From: Chroococcidiopsidaceae cyanobacterium YX2bin18
GTDB taxonomy: Bacteria; Cyanobacteriota; Cyanobacteriia; Cyanobacteriales; Chroococcidiopsidaceae
Assembly: GCA_030446505.1 (NCBI GenBank)
Contig: JAUJND010000004.1
Location: 9,099 to 73,098 of the forward strand
Length of the DNA stretch: 64,000 nt
Reading direction: 5' to 3'
Below are positions 58,625-64,000 of the stretch, piece by piece. Each line of letters starts with the position of its first letter. The stretch's first letter is position 1. The position numbers and the translations under genes were made by a program. Under the pieces are notes generated by a model. It was not told the DNA's origin. It was given only the letters and a program-made list of their open reading frames with translations, and did not search any database.

Positions 58625-61045
58625 ATGTCCGATTTGATACAGTCCGTTCTTAACACTGAGGAAAAAAGCGATCTACGCTCGTTCGTTAGTGAGTTACGCC
58701 GCCAAGAAAAGCGGTACTTACTGCGTAACGATATCCTTAGTGCTTATGCAGAGTATTGCACTAAAAACAACAAGCCAGAAGAATTTTATCACTCCTCCAA
58801 CTTAGGGAAATTAGTTTACTATACTCAAGAAATTATTCAAGAAAACGGCAACCTCTGCCTGATTATTCGACCTAAAGTTGCCAGTCAAGAAGTTTATCGG
58901 CTGACAGAAGACTTGAACGTTGAGCAGTTGAGCGTACAGGAACTGCTGGATTTGCGCGATCACTTTGTCAACCGCTTTCACCCCAACGAAGGCGAAATCC
59001 TAGAAATAGATTTTGGTCCATTTTACGACTATATCCCGACAATTCGTGATCCTAAAAACATTGGCAAGGGGGTACAGTATCTTAACCGCTATCTATCGAG
59101 CAAATTATTCCAAGATCCCCGGCAATGGCAAGAGAGCTTGTTTGATTTCTTGCGCCTCCACCAATACGAGGGTAGCCAGTTACTGATTAACGGGCGGATT
59201 CAATCACAGCAGCAACTCTCCGACCAGATCAAAAAGGCTCTAACCTTTGTCAGCGATCTCGGCAGTGAGGAACCTTATGAAAAATTCCGGTTTGTGCTGC
59301 AATTAATGGGTTTGGAACCTGGGTGGGGTAACACTGCTGGTCGTGTGCGGGAAACGCTAGAGATTCTCGATGAACTGATTGATTCTCCAGATCACCAGAC
59401 CTTAGAAGCTTTTATTTCTCGAACTCCAATGGTCTTTAAGATCGTCTTAGTGTCTCCCCACGGTTGGTTTGGGCAAGAGGGAGTTTTGGGACGACCTGAC
59501 ACTGGTGGACAAGTGGTCTACGTGCTCGATCAAGCAAAGAGCTTAGAAAAACAGCTGCAAGAAGACACTACCCTAGCCGGGTTGGATGTGATGGGTGTTA
59601 AGCCGAAAGTGATTATCCTCACTCGCTTGATTCCTAATAGTGATGGCACTCTTTGTAACCAACGCTTAGAGAAAGTTCACGGAACGGAAAATGCCTGGAT
59701 TTTGCGCGTGCCTTTAAGGGAGTTTAATCCCAAGCTGACTCAAAACTGGATTTCGCGGTTTGAGTTTTGGCCTTACCTGGAAACCTATGCTGTTGATGCG
59801 GAAAAAGAACTGCGCTCAGAGTTTCAAGGCAAGCCTGATTTGATTGTCGGTAACTATTCTGATGGTAATCTGGTAGCTTTTCTGCTAGCACGTCGGATGA
59901 AGGTGACGCAGTGCAATGTTGCCCACGCCTTGGAAAAGTCAAAATACCTGTTTAGTAACCTCTACTGGCAAGATCTGGAGGATAAATATCATTTTTCCTT
60001 GCAGTTCACGGCTGATTTGATTGCGATGAATGCAGCTAATTTTGTTGTCAGCAGCACCTACCAGGAAATTGTTGGGACACCAGATAGTGTAGGGCAGTAC
60101 GAGTCTTACAAATGTTTCACGATGCCAGAACTGTACCACGTAGTTAATGGAATTGAGCTATTTAGTCCCAAGTTCAACGTAGTGCCGCCAGGAGTGAATG
60201 AGAGTTACTATTTCCCCTACTCGCGTACCGAAGACAGGCTAGAGAGCGATCGCGTTCCGGTAGAAGAAATGCTGTTCACCCAAGAAGATCCCGGCCATAT
60301 TTTGGGGAAACTGGATCACCCCAATAAGCGACCCATTTTCTCAATGGCGCGTCTTGACCGAATTAAAAACTTGACTGGCTTGGCAGAATGCTTTGGTAAG
60401 AGCGAGGCTTTGCAAGAACAGTGCAATTTAATTCTGGTTGCCGGGAAGTTGCGCGTGGAAGAATCAGGCGACAATGAAGAACGCGACGAAATCATCAAAC
60501 TCTACCAAATCATTGACCAGTACAATCTCCACGGTAAAATTCGCTGGCTGGGTGTACGCCTGTCCAAGACTGAATCTGGTGAAATCTACCGCGTAATTGC
60601 TGATCACCAAGGAATCTTTGTTCAACCAGCTTTATTTGAAGCCTTTGGTTTAACAGTTCTAGAAGCAATGATTTCTGGAGTGCCGACGTTTGCCACGCAG
60701 TTTGGCGGTCCTTTGGAGATTATTCAGGATGGGGTAAATGGCTTTTACATTAACCCAACGCATTTAGAGGAGATGGCTGAAAAAATTCTGGAATTTGCCT
60801 CTAAGTGTGAGCAGAATCCTAATTATTGGTATGAAATTTCTACGCGCGGCATTGACCGAGTTTATAGCTCTTACACTTGGAAAATCCATACTACACGGCT
60901 ACTATCGTTAGCCCGAATTTATGGGTTTTGGAACTTTACGTCACAAGAAAAGCGCGAAGATTTATTGCGCTATATCGAGACATTGTTTCATTTACTTTAC
61001 AAGCCCAAGGCGCAACGGCTGTTAGAACAGCACCGCGATCGCTAA
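58625..61045 (+). CDS. susA: Sucrose synthase
   Basis: 806 aa. The N-terminal sucrose-synthase domain and GT4 core HGWFGQEGVLGRPDTGGQVVYVLDQ, NFVVSSTYQEI, PALFEAFGLTVLEAM. Length and blocks match plant/cyanobacterial SuS. Confidence 0.9.
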   Translation: MSDLIQSVLNTEEKSDLRSFVSELRRQEKRYLLRNDILSAYAEYCTKNNKPEEFYHSSNLGKLVYYTQEIIQENGNLCLIIRPKVASQEVYRLTEDLNVEQLSVQELLDLRDHFVNRFHPNEGEILEIDFGPFYDYIPTIRDPKNIGKGVQYLNRYLSSKLFQDPRQWQESLFDFLRLHQYEGSQLLINGRIQSQQQLSDQIKKALTFVSDLGSEEPYEKFRFVLQLMGLEPGWGNTAGRVRETLEILDELIDSPDHQTLEAFISRTPMVFKIVLVSPHGWFGQEGVLGRPDTGGQVVYVLDQAKSLEKQLQEDTTLAGLDVMGVKPKVIILTRLIPNSDGTLCNQRLEKVHGTENAWILRVPLREFNPKLTQNWISRFEFWPYLETYAVDAEKELRSEFQGKPDLIVGNYSDGNLVAFLLARRMKVTQCNVAHALEKSKYLFSNLYWQDLEDKYHFSLQFTADLIAMNAANFVVSSTYQEIVGTPDSVGQYESYKCFTMPELYHVVNGIELFSPKFNVVPPGVNESYYFPYSRTEDRLESDRVPVEEMLFTQEDPGHILGKLDHPNKRPIFSMARLDRIKNLTGLAECFGKSEALQEQCNLILVAGKLRVEESGDNEERDEIIKLYQIIDQYNLHGKIRWLGVRLSKTESGEIYRVIADHQGIFVQPALFEAFGLTVLEAMISGVPTFATQFGGPLEIIQDGVNGFYINPTHLEEMAEKILEFASKCEQNPNYWYEISTRGIDRVYSSYTWKIHTTRLLSLARIYGFWNFTSQEKREDLLRYIETLFHLLYKPKAQRLLEQHRDR

Positions 61046-61190
61046 TCCTTAGAATTAGCGATATTGTTGGCAATTGGATATCGGGAGAGATCACCTATAT
61101 AAAGTCCTTAGTCACTAGTCAAAGTTAATAATGATTAATGACTAAGGACTTCAAGCGTGACTGCCCAGTTAATTCAGAGATGGGAAAAGT

Positions 61191-61769
61191 TTAGCGTCCC
61201 ATATTTCGCTTCAACTGCTCTAGTTCATCTTGAGTTTCCCAGCGGCGAAATGTAGCTTCTAGGTCATCACCGCCAGAAAAATTGCGACTTTGATTCCAGC
61301 CAGTAGTTTCAAAACTCTGTGAAGCTTGATAACTGGTGCGAGTGGCTTGTGCTTCCGCTGCTTTAGCTTGTACCTCTTGTCGGCGTTGTTGAATCCGCTT
61401 TAACAGTTCCTTTGCCTGAGTGGTGCGTTCTTTTAACCCTTGCATTTGTCCCCAGCGCTGATTACCTTCTCGGAGCAGAGCAGCTTCTCGTTCTTGTGCC
61501 GCCTGTGCCAAGTCTTGTCTACCTGCTGTTTTTGCTTTTTCAACTCGGATATGCCAGCGCTGGATCTCTTGAGCGGTAGCAAGAATTTCGTCCTGCGATC
61601 GCTGTTCTTGCAGTTTGAGGTCTGCAATTAGCCGTAGTGTGTCTTCCTCTTGTTCGCGCAGTTGCTCTAAGAGTGCTTCTAACTCTAAATGTGGATTATT
61701 GCGTAAGAATTCTTCTAAACGGCTTTCTAAAAATCGGTTGAAATCATCAAATAAACCCACTGCAAGCAC
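61191..61769 (-). CDS. Conserved coiled-coil protein of unknown function
   Basis: 192 aa (GTG start). GLFDDFNRFLESRLEEFL N-terminus followed by a long Q/E/R/A-rich heptad region. Confidence 0.5.
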   Translation of the reverse strand: MLAVGLFDDFNRFLESRLEEFLRNNPHLELEALLEQLREQEEDTLRLIADLKLQEQRSQDEILATAQEIQRWHIRVEKAKTAGRQDLAQAAQEREAALLREGNQRWGQMQGLKERTTQAKELLKRIQQRRQEVQAKAAEAQATRTSYQASQSFETTGWNQSRNFSGGDDLEATFRRWETQDELEQLKRNMGR

Positions 61770-61905
61770 TCCACAGCGCAGATACGTTAATTTATTTTAG
61801 CGTTCAGCGGGGAAAGCAACGGCAAAAAGTCACCAATGGAACCGCAGATTAAGAAAGCTGCTAAATTTATTCAGGCTGTGTCTGGTGCAACAAAAAACAC
61901 CTAAT

Positions 61906-63391
61906 CTACCTTACTGAAAATGCCTCGCTAAATCGACGAGTAACTGGCTCAATTAAGAAAGTTAACACTGATTTTTTCCGAGTAACAATTTCTCCAGTAG
62001 CAGCCATACCTGGAGTTAACTTTATATTTTGACCCCGAACGTTAATTGCGTGGCGATCAAGCTTAATCCGGGTGGGGAAAACTAAACCTAATTTTTCATC
62101 AGTGGTCGCATTTGGGCTAACCCGAACTACTTCACCATTAATTGTGCCAAATTCTTGGAATGGGAAAGTAGCCATTTTCACCTTGGCTCTCATCCCTTCG
62201 CGAATAAATCCAATATCTCGGTTAAGGACTTTAACTTCGAGTAGAAGCTCTTCGCCTTCTGGCAGAATTGATAACAACTCTTCCCCAGCCTGCACTGGAC
62301 CTCTTGTTGCTTTGACACTGTAGATTGTGCCTGCAACCGGAGACTTAATCACATTCTGTTCTTGCTGTTTGCGAGCCTGTACCAACTCACCTTCAACTGT
62401 TGTCTGTTCTTCATTACGTCTATTAATTTGAGTCAAAATTTCGCTCTGGCGCTCAGATCCAACACGTGCAGCTTGATTGCGAGCGGCTTGATACGCTTGT
62501 TCAGCTTGGCGAATTTGTTGCGCTTGACCTGCAATTTCTTTTTCTATTGACGTAACTCTATCTTGGGCTTCAGTAACTTTGTTTTGGGCATTGGTAATGC
62601 CGTCTTCAGAGGTAGTAACGCCAGCTTCAGCCTGAATAACTCCGTTTTGAGCTTCTATGTAATCAAGTCGAGGTACAGCACCATCGGCTATCAGGCTACG
62701 TAGTCCTTGTTCGCGTTTTTGAGCGTTTGCCAGAAGGCTTTTTGCCTTGGCAACAATGCTTTGAGCATTGACCAAGTTTGTTTTAGCGTTGGTGACGCTA
62801 GTTCTGCCGTTGATTAAGTTTTCTTGCAGACGGCTGAGGCGAACTTTAGCTTCATTCATCACTGCAAGTTGGCTATTTGCTTCTGCAATAGCAGCCGCGC
62901 GACGAGATTCAAAGTCTTGAGAACGAGAAGTTTGGAGTTGGTCTTGCAAATTCGTTCCGGTACTTGCCGCTCCCGCTCGTTCTGCTTCTAAACGCCTGAG
63001 ATCTTCTTGGATTAGTCGGGCAGATTTAGCTAAGCGGTCAACTTCTGCTTGGGGCAAGTCTGAGTTACGTTCAATCAGCACAGTTGCGACGCCTTCTTTA
63101 ACTTTAATATCTCGAATTGTACCTTCACCTAGCGATCGCACTGGTCGTACTTGAGTCGAACCCAGCAATTCACCAGGGGCAACAGCTACTTCATCAACCT
63201 TACTAAAATGCGCCCAACCAATTGCCCCAAATACTAGTAAGCTAATACTTCCTGCCATAAGTCTTGTGTACAAGGCGGTAACTCTTGCACCGCCTTACCT
63301 AACTCGTAGGACAGGTAATCTTCTGATTTGGCAAATTATGTTTATTCTGCCGCGCTTGGGCAGGTGAAGATGCTAAAGTTGAGCTTTTCAT
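61906..63391 (-). pseudogene. HlyD-family membrane-fusion (periplasmic adaptor) protein, N-terminus frameshifted
   Basis: ORF 61906..63273 has a TM anchor, long coiled-coil hairpin, and barrel-sandwich/beta-barrel blocks (VKSPVAGTIYSV, PGMAATGEIVT). Upstream MKSSTLASSPAQARQNKHNLPNQ (ATG 63391) and EDYLSYELGKAVQELPP read in two other frames. Confidence 0.7.
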
Positions 63392-63663
63392 TTGATGCGT
63401 AAATTTATTTTAAGATGAGTAATATGAAATGATGCTATCTAATTAAAATAAGTGCCAATTATTAATAAGTTTACTATCTCTAAATTTGAATGAATTATAG
63501 TTTTGCCTAAAAATATTCAGAGAGCTTAATTAATATCCTAATTTTTTCCAAGTAACAGTAACGTTCTTATTTATTTTACCCGCACCTGAAAGAGTTGTCA
63601 TGTTTCAACTGCTCTATTTCCTAATTCACGTCCTGCAACCGTATTTAGTCCCAATTTGCTTTT

Positions 63664-63885
63664 GTGTGCCTGGACATTAACTACTCTAGTGGTTTGAGTC
63701 TCTGGGCTGCCGTTCGAGATACTGTGACTACTGGTAAGCGTCTGCATCAAATACCCTGCGCCAACTGTCAATATTTCACTGGGGATTATCGGCTCAAGTG
63801 TACAGTGCAGCCCTTTATTGCTAACTCAGAGGCGGCAATTCACTGTCTCGACTATCAACCGAAGACTAATGGTTTACAATACTAA
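63664..63885 (+). CDS. Small Cys-containing hypothetical protein; N-terminus possibly longer and frameshifted
   Basis: 73-aa ORF with CANCQYF...C...C. An upstream ATG at about 63600 (MFQLLYFLIHVLQPYLVPICF) reads in another frame. Confidence 0.35.
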   Translation: MCLDINYSSGLSLWAAVRDTVTTGKRLHQIPCANCQYFTGDYRLKCTVQPFIANSEAAIHCLDYQPKTNGLQY

Positions 63886-63920
63886 ACAAAAAGCGTGTAA
63901 AGCCTTCTCCTTACTCATAA

Positions 63921-64000
63921 ATGCTAGTACAAAAACTTAACGCTTGTGATGAATTTATTGCTGGGGATAGTACCCGCTTGCGAGAATTGTTACACCCCGA
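63921..64000 (+). CDS. Cupin-like protein, 5' partial (runs off the window)
   Basis: MLVQKLNACDEFIAGDSTRLRELLHP... resembles the N-terminus of small cupin_2 proteins. Only 26 codons are visible. Confidence 0.35.
   Translation, partial: MLVQKLNACDEFIAGDSTRLRELLHP

Noticed and set aside
1-64000. Search for tRNA, rRNA, tmRNA, RNase P RNA and riboswitch signatures
   Set aside because: I found no T-loop/acceptor patterns, rRNA-like conserved stretches, or RNase P/tmRNA consensus strings by eye. Absence cannot be proven without tRNAscan-SE or Infernal.

Overview
This is a cyanobacterial chromosome segment. The HIP1 octamer GCGATCGC is very dense, and psb28, a cyAbrB regulator, sucrose synthase and fibrillin are present, which by inference suggests a filamentous Nostocales-like genome. 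I saw no rRNA, tRNA or CRISPR array.

Layout:
- 1-8.6 kb: recJ interrupted by a repeat insertion, a Cas4-like PD-(D/E)XK nuclease, an IS1 copy with a target-site duplication, a vapBC-like pair, Uma2 nucleases, fibrillin and mraY.
- 8.6-11.5 kb: a small AT-rich accessory patch holding a MazF-type toxin-antitoxin pair and a retron-type reverse transcriptase. A 286-nt non-coding spacer and a DUF3800-like gene lie upstream of the RT. This is my best defence-system candidate.
- 11.5-19.3 kb: moaB, psb28, a CFA-synthase-like methyltransferase, an IS110-like remnant, DUF308 and GNAT gene wrecks, and a group II intron with a decayed RT/maturase ORF.
- 19.7-40.1 kb: a rhbABCDEF-type (schizokinen/rhizobactin-like) NIS siderophore cluster. 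It is followed by a PepSY protein, three tandem TonB-dependent receptors with AMIN-like N-termini (one decayed) and exbBD.
- 40.2-41.7 kb: two inverted MITE copies bracket a membrane methyltransferase-like gene and an IS630 fragment.
- 42.4-45.6 kb: a VOC protein, a serine-recombinase homologue lacking the canonical catalytic context, and a PlsC-like acyltransferase.
- 45.6-48.0 kb: an AT-rich three-gene operon of unknown function whose products share an LDGDI motif. This is the second novelty candidate.
- 48.3-64 kb: GT39 glycosyltransferase, ClC channel, cyAbrB, Rrf2, cobD, pyrR, M32 carboxypeptidase, sucrose synthase, a coiled-coil protein, an HlyD adaptor and a partial cupin.

A family of elements with octamer-repeat G-rich/C-rich arms occurs at 15.2 kb and 50.5 kb, with a solo-arm fragment inside recJ.

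Caveat: many genes carry frameshifts, often at short homopolymers. Assembly error and true pseudogenisation cannot be separated from the sequence alone. A few lesions are clearly structural (an IS insertion, a 66-bp quasi-duplication, an internal deletion). All family assignments come from motif recognition by eye; no searches were run.
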